Assembly (NCBI GenBank): GCA_013360215.1
Contig: JABWCP010000009.1
Coordinates: forward strand, 62,001 to 126,000
From: a bacterium
GTDB lineage: Bacteria > CLD3 > SB21
Direction of reading: 5' to 3'
Length of the DNA stretch: 64,000 nucleotides
Shown: positions 53,771 to 63,652 of the stretch, piece by piece
Layout of the letters: each line of letters opens with the position of its first letter
How positions within the stretch are numbered: position 1 is the first letter of the stretch
Notes under the pieces: generated by a model
Databases searched by the model: none
The model's input: the letters and a program-made list of their open reading frames with translations, nothing else
What the model was told of the DNA's origin: nothing
Position numbers and translations under genes: made by a program

Positions 53771-55934
53771 GACGATATTCCTTGATGAGTTGGATAAGGT
53801 CATCGTAAAAAAATTTAGGCGTATTGCGAAATCGTAAACGTATCACCTCTTCCGGAGATTCGTTTTTTTTCACGCCCGTGCGAATGCGTTCGGAAATATT
53901 GTTTTGATATTCATCTATGCGCTGCTTCAAAGCCTTTGGTTCGGATATATCCGATGTGCCGCGTAAATATTCAAACATAGCCTGAGGTTCCTGTTCGCAC
54001 CGTATCATCGCCTTGATCACCCAGCCGCGAAAATATTCGGTCACTGTGATGCGATGTAAACCCAGATCATCGGCTACCGCAGACATGGCACGATGTTTAA
54101 ATTGATGGTCGCGGAGTGCATGGAGCACCCGCTCGGCCAAAGATTGCTCTGAATCAGAAAACGTTGCGCCGCGAATTTCGAAATCCGCCGGTAAAATATA
54201 ATTACGATGCCGCATGCGTGCATTGATCACACTGCGCTGAGTTGCTGCTTTTAGCTCACGCACATTGCCGGGCCAAGCCAATGTGCAGAGCCATTGGACG
54301 AGATGATCGGAGTATTTGAGTTCCGGAGCAATTTCGTACACAAACTGACGGAATAGAAAATCAATATCAACCGTACGTTCGCGTAAAGGTTTCAGCGGCA
54401 ACACAAAACCGGCAATACGATAATATAAATCTTCGCGAAACTGTTTATCCCGGATCAATACCGATATATCCCGATGGGTCGCCGCAATAACACGAACCGA
54501 TACGCTTTTCGAAACAACGCCGCCGACGCGTTCAAACCGACCTTCCTGTAAAACCCGAAGAAGTTTAACCTGAAATGCCGGGCTTGTCTCTGCGATTTCA
54601 TCCAAAAACAACGTACCATTATCTGCCATTTCAAACCGGCCTGGCTTGGCTTGTACCGCGCCCGTAAAAGCGCCTTTTTCATATCCAAATAACTCCGCTT
54701 CGATCAAATTGTCGTTAAATGCCCCACAATTAACAGCTACAAAAGGACCCGAAGCGCGCTGTGAACGGCGATGAATAAATTCGGCGATACGTTCTTTCCC
54801 AGTGCCGGATTCACCGGTGATCAGCACCGGAACATTTGACTGGGCTACCTGATCGGCTTTTTGGAGAAGCTCTGCGACGGGCGAATCTTTATGGTAATAA
54901 ATACCCTGCGCTTCACGGCATTCCGACAAATCCAACGGGCGAATTTGATCGGATATTTTTTCGTAAAAATTGAGCCGATACCTTAGATCCGTCAGATCAT
55001 CCGATGTGGCAGAGGCAACCTCTTTTGTCACAGTAACGGTGCGACGCTTGATCCCCAACATGAACGTCGAAACGAGTATCGGCACAAGAGTCCAACCTAT
55101 ACCGATAGGCAAATAAATACGCAAAAAGTATAGACCGGCAGCGAACGCACACCAAATCAATGCCGGGGCGCCTATCCAAATCCAACGTGTATCACGAAGC
55201 GACAAAAAGCTCACTACTGCCGTACCGGCGAAAAGAACAACCAGCAACCATAGCGGCCATTGTTTCCACATACGACCTTGTTTGATTTCCTCCGCAGCCC
55301 ATATCTGAATAAGACTGACGGGGTTAACCGAACCTTGAGGTGACGCTACATACGAGGTTACACCGGGATAGTCAAAATAAAATACAACACTTCGGTTGCT
55401 CAAATCCGAATTGGACGACAAAAACGCACTCAGATGCATATCCGGAAGTAAAGTATCGGATGGCCAGTGCAATATAACGGTTTCTTCAGGTACTTCTGTT
55501 AAAGCTGAAACCAGCGAATGATCACCCGGCGTATAGATCAGATAGGCATTTTCGATTTGCCAATGGGCCGCAAACGGAAGAAATGTCCGACCGGCAGGAA
55601 ACGATTGGCCGCCAAGTATGGTATTATTTTCCTGAACACGTTCCGTCATAAGAAAAATCTTATCATCCCTTACGCACTCATGATAAAAAACTTCGTCCGA
55701 CTCCGGATGCAACGCATCGGCCGAGGGAAACGCCATATCAAAATAGATCGCTTGCGCGCCGTTTTGTTTAGCATGTTGTGCTGCGACCGCATACCATCGT
55801 CGAGCCAAAGGCCATCCGCCCAGATGCTCTACATCGTGTTTACCGATAGCAATCCGAATCACCGGCCGTTCCTGCGCCGTAAGTAACGGGTTGCAAAACA
55901 AAATCAAACTAAGGCAAGCGACGATCTTCTTCAT
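53763..55934 (-). CDS. Membrane-anchored sigma54-dependent activator: CHASE2 - 3 TM - AAA+ - HTH
   Basis: LGGWPLARR...GAQAIYFD (CHASE2), three TM helices, GESGTGKE, GAFTGA, LFLDEI, REDLYYR, WPGNVREL, VADDLGLHRITV. Confidence 0.88.
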   Translation of the reverse strand: MKKIVACLSLILFCNPLLTAQERPVIRIAIGKHDVEHLGGWPLARRWYAVAAQHAKQNGAQAIYFDMAFPSADALHPESDEVFYHECVRDDKIFLMTERVQENNTILGGQSFPAGRTFLPFAAHWQIENAYLIYTPGDHSLVSALTEVPEETVILHWPSDTLLPDMHLSAFLSSNSDLSNRSVVFYFDYPGVTSYVASPQGSVNPVSLIQIWAAEEIKQGRMWKQWPLWLLVVLFAGTAVVSFLSLRDTRWIWIGAPALIWCAFAAGLYFLRIYLPIGIGWTLVPILVSTFMLGIKRRTVTVTKEVASATSDDLTDLRYRLNFYEKISDQIRPLDLSECREAQGIYYHKDSPVAELLQKADQVAQSNVPVLITGESGTGKERIAEFIHRRSQRASGPFVAVNCGAFNDNLIEAELFGYEKGAFTGAVQAKPGRFEMADNGTLFLDEIAETSPAFQVKLLRVLQEGRFERVGGVVSKSVSVRVIAATHRDISVLIRDKQFREDLYYRIAGFVLPLKPLRERTVDIDFLFRQFVYEIAPELKYSDHLVQWLCTLAWPGNVRELKAATQRSVINARMRHRNYILPADFEIRGATFSDSEQSLAERVLHALRDHQFKHRAMSAVADDLGLHRITVTEYFRGWVIKAMIRCEQEPQAMFEYLRGTSDISEPKALKQRIDEYQNNISERIRTGVKKNESPEEVIRLRFRNTPKFFYDDLIQLIKEYRHD

Positions 55935-55980
55935 AAAATAAACGGCGCTGACTTTTGTAGCCAACGCCGTAGGTTCTCCG

Positions 55981-56883
55981 TTATTGTTTTTTCAATTTGA
56001 CTAAAACATTGTGCCAGTAATCGGCTTCAATTTGTAAGTTATATGTTTTTCCGTCGAACTTTCCTGTAGTGGTTAGCGGGTCTGGGAAATGCTCTTCAAT
56101 AACGCCAACCAAGTAATCCGTCTCTTGCTTATTCCACTTTGAGGTAAGCAGTTGTAACTGTTCGGCTGGAATCACAATTTCATCAGTCTCAACTGTATAT
56201 TGAAAAAAAGCATATTCAAATCCACCTGCTACAGTATCTGCATAATTTGGTTTATAGGCATACAACTCAATCCAACCCGATTTGGAAGGGCGATTAAATT
56301 TAATAAGTAAATCCTCGCCATCACCAACCACTTGATTAACAGCTATATTTGTAATCTTCAATTGACTAGGCATTGGAATACTGGCCGTAAAATCATTAAT
56401 TTCCGGTGAATTTTGCCCGGATATCGTTATTTGACCGTTATTCACTATTGTGAATGGTTGATTACTTTGCTTTTCATAACTAATTATATCAAGCGTATCA
56501 ATATGTGCTGGAATTCCGTTTTTTTCCGGCCGATCAATAGTTATCCAGCTCTGATTACGCGTAATCTCTGTACCGCTAAGTTTCAATGTTCCATAATCTA
56601 AAAACTTGGAAAGGAATCGACCATTAATATCGGTATTAAGATTATGTTGCAAACTCACGTAATAAAAAACAGGGTCTCCTTCCCCTACATCACTTTGAGA
56701 AATAGCAATTAACATACTGCTATCGCCCGGCGGATAATAGTGCGAGCTGGTTCGCAATACAGGATCATGACCAATGATCAGCGTTTGATCCTTTCCTTTG
56801 TCCGACATAACATCCGACCCGTCCTTGTCACATCCGATCGCCAATAAGGCGATGGTTACAATTAGTGCGACTGATTTTGGCAT
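55981..56883 (-). CDS. Hypothetical lipoprotein
   Basis: Lipobox LAIGC; strong SD AAGGAG; beta-rich. Confidence 0.8.
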   Translation of the reverse strand: MPKSVALIVTIALLAIGCDKDGSDVMSDKGKDQTLIIGHDPVLRTSSHYYPPGDSSMLIAISQSDVGEGDPVFYYVSLQHNLNTDINGRFLSKFLDYGTLKLSGTEITRNQSWITIDRPEKNGIPAHIDTLDIISYEKQSNQPFTIVNNGQITISGQNSPEINDFTASIPMPSQLKITNIAVNQVVGDGEDLLIKFNRPSKSGWIELYAYKPNYADTVAGGFEYAFFQYTVETDEIVIPAEQLQLLTSKWNKQETDYLVGVIEEHFPDPLTTTGKFDGKTYNLQIEADYWHNVLVKLKKQ

Positions 56884-56933
56884 ACATTTCTCCTTGTTGT
56901 TGGTTATCAGTGTTGTACACAACTCGACAACAA

Positions 56934-56950
56934 ACTAAATTCATGCCAAA
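56934..56950 (-). promoter_or_regulatory. Candidate sigma54 (-24/-12) promoter
   Basis: Minus strand TTTGGCATGAATTTAGT: good -24 (TGGCA) but non-canonical -12 (GT instead of GC). Confidence 0.4.
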
Positions 56951-57136
56951 GAATAACTTATTAATTTTTTTCAATATACCTTCATTCGAAAGTGAAGTGA
57001 GTGCAGTATATAAGTGAAGTGATGCATTTTCACATCACAAATGCATGTGATCCAAGGCACTCAAGAAGTTAATTAGAACTTGCTTTTATAATACCTACAC
57101 AACAATGTAGCCTGTCTCTGGAAATTACTTTAGAAC

Positions 57137-57172
57137 AAAAAAAGCCCGTTTACCATTGCGATAAACGGGCTT
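57137..57172 (-). terminator. fhs terminator
   Basis: AAGCCCGTTTA...TAAACGGGCTT stem with a T-run on the minus strand. Confidence 0.82.
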
Positions 57173-57191
57173 GAATGAAAAAAACTAAATT

Positions 57192-58889
57192 CTAAAAAAT
57201 TCCGCGTATGACGCCGTTATCATCCATATCAATCGCCTCCGATGAAGGCACTGACGGTAACCCGGGCATGGTCATCATTTGCCCGGCAATGGCATAAATG
57301 AAACCCGCTCCCGCAGAAGCTTTGATATCATCAATAGGAACCACAAAATCTTTCGGACGCCCTTTGAGTGTAGGATCATGTGAAAGTGAAAGATGCGTTT
57401 TAGCAATACATATCGGCAGTTTGTCAAGACCTTCTTCTTTGAGCATTTTAATTTTCGATTTGGCTTTGGACGACAGGGAAATGCCCGCACCGCCATAGAT
57501 TGTTTTTACGACCGTGGCCATTTTATTTTCGATCGTATCCTGGACATCGTAGGTAAATTTCACTTCCGATTTTTCATCGCAGGCTTTGACTACTTCTTCG
57601 GCCAGCGCTGTTCCACCCATACCGCCTTTGCCCCAAACGTCAATCGGTATCACCGCACGCGCTCCGGTTTTAACGGCAATATCGCGAATGGCTTGTATTT
57701 CGTTCTCCGTGTCCGAGGTAAAACGATTGATCGCCACGACGACCGGTACACCAAAACTGCGAATATTTTCGATGTGTTTTGTAAGGTTCTCACAACCTTT
57801 GATCACGGCTTCGACGTTTTCTTTTTCCAATAATGCCTTATCAATCTTCTTACCCGGAACGGCTTCAAACCCGCCGCCGTGCATTTTGAGCGCTTTGACC
57901 GTAGCCACGACCACGGCAGCCGAGGGACGCAATCCGCTTTGACGGCACTTGATATTGATCAGTTTTTCCGCGCCGCAATCCGCACCAAAACCGCATTCCG
58001 TCACGACATAATCGGCAAGGCGTAAGGCTATTTTATCTGCAATAACCGAATTATTACCCGTGGCGATATTGGCAAACGGTCCGGCATGCATGATCACAGG
58101 AACGCCTTCCAGTGTTTGAACGAGGTTCGGTTTGATGGCGTCTTTGAGTAAAACCATCAGTGCGCCGACGACATTCAGTTGGCGTGCATATACGCCTTTT
58201 TTATCCCGTGAAGTGCCGACAAGAATCGTCTCAAGACGTTTACGCAGATCCTTGAGGTCTTCCGCGAGGGACAGGATTGCCATGATCTCACTGGCGGCCG
58301 TGATATCAAATCCCGTTTCGCGCGGGATACCGTTATTGCTGCCGCCTAATCCGACGATAATATCACGCAACGCGCGATCATTCATATCCATCACGCGACG
58401 CCAGTATATATTATTGATGTCCAGATTCAACGGATTACCTTTGTGCAGGTGATTGTCAATAATAGCCGCAAGAAGATTGTGTGCCGTCGTGATCGCGTGA
58501 AAATCACCGGTAAAGTGCATATTGATATCTTCCATCGGCTGCACTTGCGAATACCCTCCGCCGGTCGCACCGCCTTTGACACCAAAAACCGGTCCCATCG
58601 AAGGCTGACGTAATGTCGAGATCACATTTTTTCCTATTTTGGCCAACGCTTGCGATAATCCGATATTGACGACGGTCTTGCCTTCACCGAGCGGCGTTGG
58701 GTTGATCGCCGTGACAAAAATAAATTTTCCAATTTTTTTGTCCTTCAGGCGGTCCAATACTTCTAGTTTGATCTTGGCTTTATGTTCACCGTACAACTCA
58801 ATATCGGAGGCATTCAATCCGATCTTTTTGGCAATTTCAGTAATCGGCGTAATGGGTGATTCCTGAGCAATTTCAATGTCGCTTTTCAT
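57192..58889 (-). CDS. fhs: Formate--tetrahydrofolate ligase
   Basis: PTPLGEGKT, GVKGGATGGGYSQ, HFTGD, GPFANIA, TMPGLP. Confidence 0.97.
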   Translation of the reverse strand: MKSDIEIAQESPITPITEIAKKIGLNASDIELYGEHKAKIKLEVLDRLKDKKIGKFIFVTAINPTPLGEGKTVVNIGLSQALAKIGKNVISTLRQPSMGPVFGVKGGATGGGYSQVQPMEDINMHFTGDFHAITTAHNLLAAIIDNHLHKGNPLNLDINNIYWRRVMDMNDRALRDIIVGLGGSNNGIPRETGFDITAASEIMAILSLAEDLKDLRKRLETILVGTSRDKKGVYARQLNVVGALMVLLKDAIKPNLVQTLEGVPVIMHAGPFANIATGNNSVIADKIALRLADYVVTECGFGADCGAEKLINIKCRQSGLRPSAAVVVATVKALKMHGGGFEAVPGKKIDKALLEKENVEAVIKGCENLTKHIENIRSFGVPVVVAINRFTSDTENEIQAIRDIAVKTGARAVIPIDVWGKGGMGGTALAEEVVKACDEKSEVKFTYDVQDTIENKMATVVKTIYGGAGISLSSKAKSKIKMLKEEGLDKLPICIAKTHLSLSHDPTLKGRPKDFVVPIDDIKASAGAGFIYAIAGQMMTMPGLPSVPSSEAIDMDDNGVIRGIF

Positions 58890-58951
58890 ATATCAACCTC
58901 ATAATAGATGTTTTCGATTGGTCAATTCTACGATTTCGATATATACGATTC

Positions 58952-58967
58952 CATGACTTAAGTCATG
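58952..58967. promoter_or_regulatory. Perfect 16-bp palindrome CATGACTTAAGTCATG upstream of fhs
   Basis: About 60 bp upstream of the fhs start; TGA-N6-TCA geometry of Crp/Fnr-type boxes. Confidence 0.6.
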
Positions 58968-59024
58968 TCTAAAAAAGGTAGGTTTTCCCGATCTAAAAAG
59001 AATGTTCTGATATCAATGGTACGT

Positions 59025-59795
59025 TTAGTGGCGATTCAAAAAATCCATCACGATTTGACAAAATACATCGGCTTTTTCATGATGAATCCAATGCCCGGCA
59101 TCCGGTATCATCTCTAATGCTGACGAAGGAAAGTGTTTTGCTATTAGCTCCGCGTCATCACGAAGATTATACATGGATTTTTCACCGCCGACAAATAGTG
59201 TAGGACCATGAAACATATCGCTTTCCGAAGCTTTGAATCGTACTATTTCATTGGCCGCAAATTCCGTCAAAGCCGGAAGATTAACACGCCAATACATCCG
59301 ATCGTGATCTCGCACCAGGTTGGTAATCACAAAGGATCGTACGGCCGGATTTTTGATTCCCTCTGCAAGGGCCGATTCCACTTGTTTTTTTTCTTTATAA
59401 AGATTCAGATCCACGGCATTCATCGCTGTGAGAATTTCGATCAAACCCGTGCCGTATGAGCGCGGTGCAATATCTTCTACGATCAACGCTTTAACTCGCT
59501 CGGGATGTGCAAAAGCGTAATTCATCGCGACATGGCCACCCATCGAATGGCCCAACAAGTAAAATTCATGCAAATGCAAACGGTCAACCAACGCCTCAAT
59601 ATCTTTACGCATCGCCACGATAGAATGTTCGGGATCGTGCGGTGAAACTCCGTGGTTGCGCAGATCCGGAATGATCAAGCGGTAATGGTCGGATAATTTT
59701 TTGGCTACCGAATACCAGTTGCGTTCACTACCCAGCAGGCCGTGCAGTATCACCAGTGTTTTCGGGCTGCCGTATTCGACAAAATGTAATTTCAT
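59025..59795 (-). CDS. Alpha/beta hydrolase (YbfF/ABHD11-like esterase)
   Basis: LHGLLGS, DLRNHG, GHSMGG, DIAP, AGHWIH. Confidence 0.9.
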   Translation of the reverse strand: MKLHFVEYGSPKTLVILHGLLGSERNWYSVAKKLSDHYRLIIPDLRNHGVSPHDPEHSIVAMRKDIEALVDRLHLHEFYLLGHSMGGHVAMNYAFAHPERVKALIVEDIAPRSYGTGLIEILTAMNAVDLNLYKEKKQVESALAEGIKNPAVRSFVITNLVRDHDRMYWRVNLPALTEFAANEIVRFKASESDMFHGPTLFVGGEKSMYNLRDDAELIAKHFPSSALEMIPDAGHWIHHEKADVFCQIVMDFLNRH

Positions 59796-59937
59796 ACGCT
59801 CCGTTATATTGGCGCGGAAGTTAGTTTCGCTTATATCCAATTGCAACGGTTTTTACAAAACGAAGGATTATTACCGAATCGGCTTGCGCTTGGTTTGGCG
59901 CTGTTCTAATTTAAAGAAAAAAACAACAGATCAATCT

Positions 59938-60786
59938 ATGGACATTACTTACCTCACATTCGTTTTAGGCGCCGTCGTTACACTTTTGATCCTTGCGCGC
60001 CTCGTCAATCAATTTCTCATGCGGGAACGCCTCACCGATGCGCTAACTGAAAAAGATCGTTTGGCAACCGGTATCGCACTCTCGGGCTATTTGTTCGGCG
60101 TGATGATGATCATCATAGACGTACTCAGCGGCGAAGGGCATAACGATTGGCTCAAAGATTTTTTACTTGTCGGAATTTACGGATTGGCCGGGATCGTATT
60201 TTTGGTTTTTGTCAGCGTGATGGAGCTGCGTCTGATCCTCTCTGCCAAAGCATTGGATGCTGTTCGCGAAGGCAATGTCGCCGCCGCCATTACGGTCGCT
60301 GCTTCATACATTGCGACATCGCAGATCATCGGCGCCGTCGTATCCGGCGATAATACCGGCGGCAATTGGCTGACGGCTGTTATTTTTTTCATTATCGGTC
60401 AGACCACGCTGCTGATCATGACGTATGCATTTCGGTGGCTCACGGCGTATAACGATGCCGAAGCCATCATGCAAGGTAATGCTGCCGCCGCGCTTTCGTA
60501 TGCCGGGGTCATGATCGGTATCGCTATTATTGTAGGCACAGCCTTACGCGGTGACTTCATAGACTATCCCACCAGCCTTGTGGATTATGCATGGTCGCTG
60601 GTGATCGTCGTGGCGCTTTATCCGATCCGCCAATTTTTAGTGCAAGGTGTTTTACTCGGGTGCGGATTTAGTTTTTATGGCGGTAAATTAGATGAAGAAA
60701 TTTCCAAAGATCGCAATATCGGCGCCGGATGTATTGAGGCAACGACCTATATCGCCTCGGCACTTTTAGCCACGGCATTACTGTAG
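59938..60786 (+). CDS. DUF350-family membrane protein (tandem repeats)
   Basis: Four repeats DRLATG, GNVAAA, GNAAAA and RNIGAG, each preceding TM helices; start ATG at 59938. Confidence 0.8.
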   Translation: MDITYLTFVLGAVVTLLILARLVNQFLMRERLTDALTEKDRLATGIALSGYLFGVMMIIIDVLSGEGHNDWLKDFLLVGIYGLAGIVFLVFVSVMELRLILSAKALDAVREGNVAAAITVAASYIATSQIIGAVVSGDNTGGNWLTAVIFFIIGQTTLLIMTYAFRWLTAYNDAEAIMQGNAAAALSYAGVMIGIAIIVGTALRGDFIDYPTSLVDYAWSLVIVVALYPIRQFLVQGVLLGCGFSFYGGKLDEEISKDRNIGAGCIEATTYIASALLATALL

Positions 60787-60799
60787 TAATATTAAATCT

Positions 60800-62092
60800 A
60801 TGCGCACCTCCGAGGTAAAATACACCGATCCTTCGGTTCCGCGACGCGACCCGTATTTTGATTTTGCAAAAAAAATCACGGATTCGCATATCCTCACCGA
60901 TCCTTGGATTGACGGCGATCCGCGTTTTTCGGACGAACCGGTGATCCTCGGCGCCGGAACTTATGCATTGATGCAAAAAGCGGCCGAACACATCGGCGCT
61001 TTATATGACGAATTGGTGCGCATCATTCTTCGCGAACCTCATTGGCTCGATGATTATTTCCATTTGACGCCGCATCAAAAGATGCTTTGGTTTGCCTCCG
61101 GCGGACGATGGCATGGCATGGCGCGACTGGATATGTTTTTATGTACGGACGGACGTCTGCAAGTATGTGAAATGAATTCCGATACGCCCAGCGGTGAAGC
61201 GGAAGCCGTTTTGATCAATCAGATTATTCGATCGCGCTTTCCGCGTTTTACCGATCCCAATGCCGGATTGGAAACGCAATTTATACGTATGGTTTTACGT
61301 CTCTGGGGCAAACGTACATGGCCCAGGCTTTCTCCGACGGTCGGCATCGTGTATCCGACCGAAATGCCCGAGGATCTCTCCATGATACGCTTGTATCAGC
61401 GTTGGTTGGAATCCCGCGGCGCTCATGTCATATTGGGTTCGCCCTACAATCTGGGCAGCACTGCGCAGCGACTGACGTTACTGCAAAAACCCGTGGATGT
61501 ATTGATTCGGCATTACAAAACAGATTGGTGGTGCGAACGCTTGCCGGTGTGGAAAGATCAGGAACCTTTTCCCGACGCGCTTCCGCTCGTCAAACCATTG
61601 CAACACCTGATGCGCACCTGGCTTGCGGGACAGATAGCGATGATCAACCCGCCCGGCGCTGTGCTTACACAAAACAAACTGACAATGGCTTTTTTTTGGG
61701 AACACCTGCGTAAGTTTTCACCTACGGCGCGGAATACGATACGCACGTGGATCCCGGAAACGCGTCGCCTGATAACGAAGGAAAGCAAAAAACTGAATAA
61801 AAATGAATGGGTACTCAAAACCGATTACGGATGCGAAGGCGATGAAGTGATCATCGGTAACGATGTCAGTGAAACACTGTGGAAAGAATCGCTGTCCAAA
61901 GCTATTCCCAAACACTGGATCCTTCAGCGTTATTTTTCGTCAATCCGCATCGGGCGCGAAAATCTAATTCCAAATTTCGGCCTGTATCTCGTCGGAGGAC
62001 GTGCGGCCGGTATTTATACACGTTTATCCAATACGGCCACGGACGGTACGGCGCTCAGCGCAGCGACATTGATTGACCAACATTCTCACTAG
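60800..62092 (+). CDS. Glutathionylspermidine synthase-like ATP-grasp ligase (YgiC/YjfC-like; no amidase domain)
   Basis: ARLDMF, VCEMNSDTPSG, INPP...QNK, WVLK...GCEG, ILQRY. Confidence 0.85.
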   Translation: MRTSEVKYTDPSVPRRDPYFDFAKKITDSHILTDPWIDGDPRFSDEPVILGAGTYALMQKAAEHIGALYDELVRIILREPHWLDDYFHLTPHQKMLWFASGGRWHGMARLDMFLCTDGRLQVCEMNSDTPSGEAEAVLINQIIRSRFPRFTDPNAGLETQFIRMVLRLWGKRTWPRLSPTVGIVYPTEMPEDLSMIRLYQRWLESRGAHVILGSPYNLGSTAQRLTLLQKPVDVLIRHYKTDWWCERLPVWKDQEPFPDALPLVKPLQHLMRTWLAGQIAMINPPGAVLTQNKLTMAFFWEHLRKFSPTARNTIRTWIPETRRLITKESKKLNKNEWVLKTDYGCEGDEVIIGNDVSETLWKESLSKAIPKHWILQRYFSSIRIGRENLIPNFGLYLVGGRAAGIYTRLSNTATDGTALSAATLIDQHSH

Positions 62093-62102
62093 AACATAAA
62101 CT

Positions 62103-63635
62103 ATGGCAAAAAGAAAAACCAAACGTAATCAAAAAGCCCAAACACCCGCATGGTGGAATGCCATGATTTCACGCCGTGAAGCCGGCCAACGATTGGCAGC
62201 CCTCGCAACCGGCGCTGCAATGCTGCCCTTCGCATCCATTCTTACGGGCTGTGGTGAAGAGGTCGAACTCGATGCTCTTGAGTTGCAGCAAAAACAAGGC
62301 TGGCAGGTCGGTGCGGACGGCGAAAATCTTGACTTCAAAGACGAACAAACTCGTGACAGCCTCGGTCAGGCGTGGGAAAATTATGCCGATCCGGCGGCAT
62401 TGATGGTGGCCTATGAACCCAAAAATTATCGCTGGAAACCTTTTAAGGTTACGACGTTAGTCCAATCGCTAAGTCAGGAAACGTTACGTAAACAAGTGAA
62501 GCCGGTATTATCCGACGCGATGAAAACCGCCTATGCGCGCGGGCTCGGCATGCGCGAGATCATTCAAAAAATGGACAACCCCTCATCCACGATGATCATC
62601 GCCGATCTGCACGGGGAAGAATCCGTAGCATTCGGCGCGGCATTAGCCGACGTCGCCAATGTGGTCATCGGATTTGATAACTGGCCGCACCCGCAAGGTG
62701 TCGTACCGGCACATCGCACGCTCGGTGCGATGATGTACTATGCACGCGAAGTAAGCGTAAAAACGGAAGAAAAACTTTCGTGGGATGCACCGGCCGTGAT
62801 TTTATTGGACAATCATCGCTTGGGCGAATATACCGATGAATGGGATGTATTTGATAATCGTTACGTGGCCAAAGTGCCTTCCGCGCCATCACTTGCGTCG
62901 TATAAAGTCAGTCGGGTTTTATATGTCATACCGGATCGTGACACCAAAAACGAACTGGATGATCTCAATGACGACTTTGTTTACTACAAAGAAAAAAATA
63001 TCAGCGTGGATCTGTTGCCCATGTCGGATTTCAAGCCAGCCGTCGCTGCGGCCATGGCTACATCGGCCTCGGCTAAAACATCCGCCGATTCGATGATCGC
63101 GGCATACACAGGGAGCGACTCCGCGATAGCCAAAGCCATGACCGCACCGGCACAAAAAGATACTGTCGTCGCAACACCGGCATCCACGCGAACCGTATAT
63201 CATTACGGCGGCGGTCCATCCTATTGGCCGATATTTTTTGGTAACTATAATACGCCTTCGACGATCCGTCGCCCGGGCGGTTATCGTGCGCCTTCGCAAG
63301 GGCCGTCGAAACCGGAATACAAACCGGAACGTCGTCCGACATTGTTTTCTTCACGTACCGTCGGAAGTCAAACCAGCGGCGTGGGCAAACAAAAACCGAC
63401 CGGATTTGGCCGTGTATCCGCCAATGTTAATTCCGACGGCAATGTCACCCGCGTTCGCCAGTCACGCAATTACAGTTCGACCGGCACATCCCGTGCGTCG
63501 CGTTCAACTTCAACGTCATCTTCGTCGCGTTCCTCGCGGAGTTACCGGAGCTCGTCGTCCAAAAGTTCATCGTCCCGCTCTTCGTCAGGTCGCTCCGGAT
63601 CGTTTGGCCGCAGTCGCAGCAGTTCTTCATCATAA
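62103..63635 (+). CDS. Tat-exported lipoprotein with globular core and Ser/Arg/Gly-rich tail
   Basis: SRREA, h-region and lipobox LTGC; tail ends SGRSGSFGRSRSSSSS. Confidence 0.8.
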   Translation: MAKRKTKRNQKAQTPAWWNAMISRREAGQRLAALATGAAMLPFASILTGCGEEVELDALELQQKQGWQVGADGENLDFKDEQTRDSLGQAWENYADPAALMVAYEPKNYRWKPFKVTTLVQSLSQETLRKQVKPVLSDAMKTAYARGLGMREIIQKMDNPSSTMIIADLHGEESVAFGAALADVANVVIGFDNWPHPQGVVPAHRTLGAMMYYAREVSVKTEEKLSWDAPAVILLDNHRLGEYTDEWDVFDNRYVAKVPSAPSLASYKVSRVLYVIPDRDTKNELDDLNDDFVYYKEKNISVDLLPMSDFKPAVAAAMATSASAKTSADSMIAAYTGSDSAIAKAMTAPAQKDTVVATPASTRTVYHYGGGPSYWPIFFGNYNTPSTIRRPGGYRAPSQGPSKPEYKPERRPTLFSSRTVGSQTSGVGKQKPTGFGRVSANVNSDGNVTRVRQSRNYSSTGTSRASRSTSTSSSSRSSRSYRSSSSKSSSSRSSSGRSGSFGRSRSSSSS

Positions 63636-63652
63636 TTTAAGGATTACTAAGC

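Noticed and set aside
58890-59024. THF or ZTP riboswitch upstream of fhs
   Set aside because: Short AT-rich leader with no recognisable aptamer or expression-platform terminator.
59701-59937. N-terminal extension of the DUF350 ORF
   Set aside because: It overlaps the divergent hydrolase gene; the membrane protein begins at ATG 59938.
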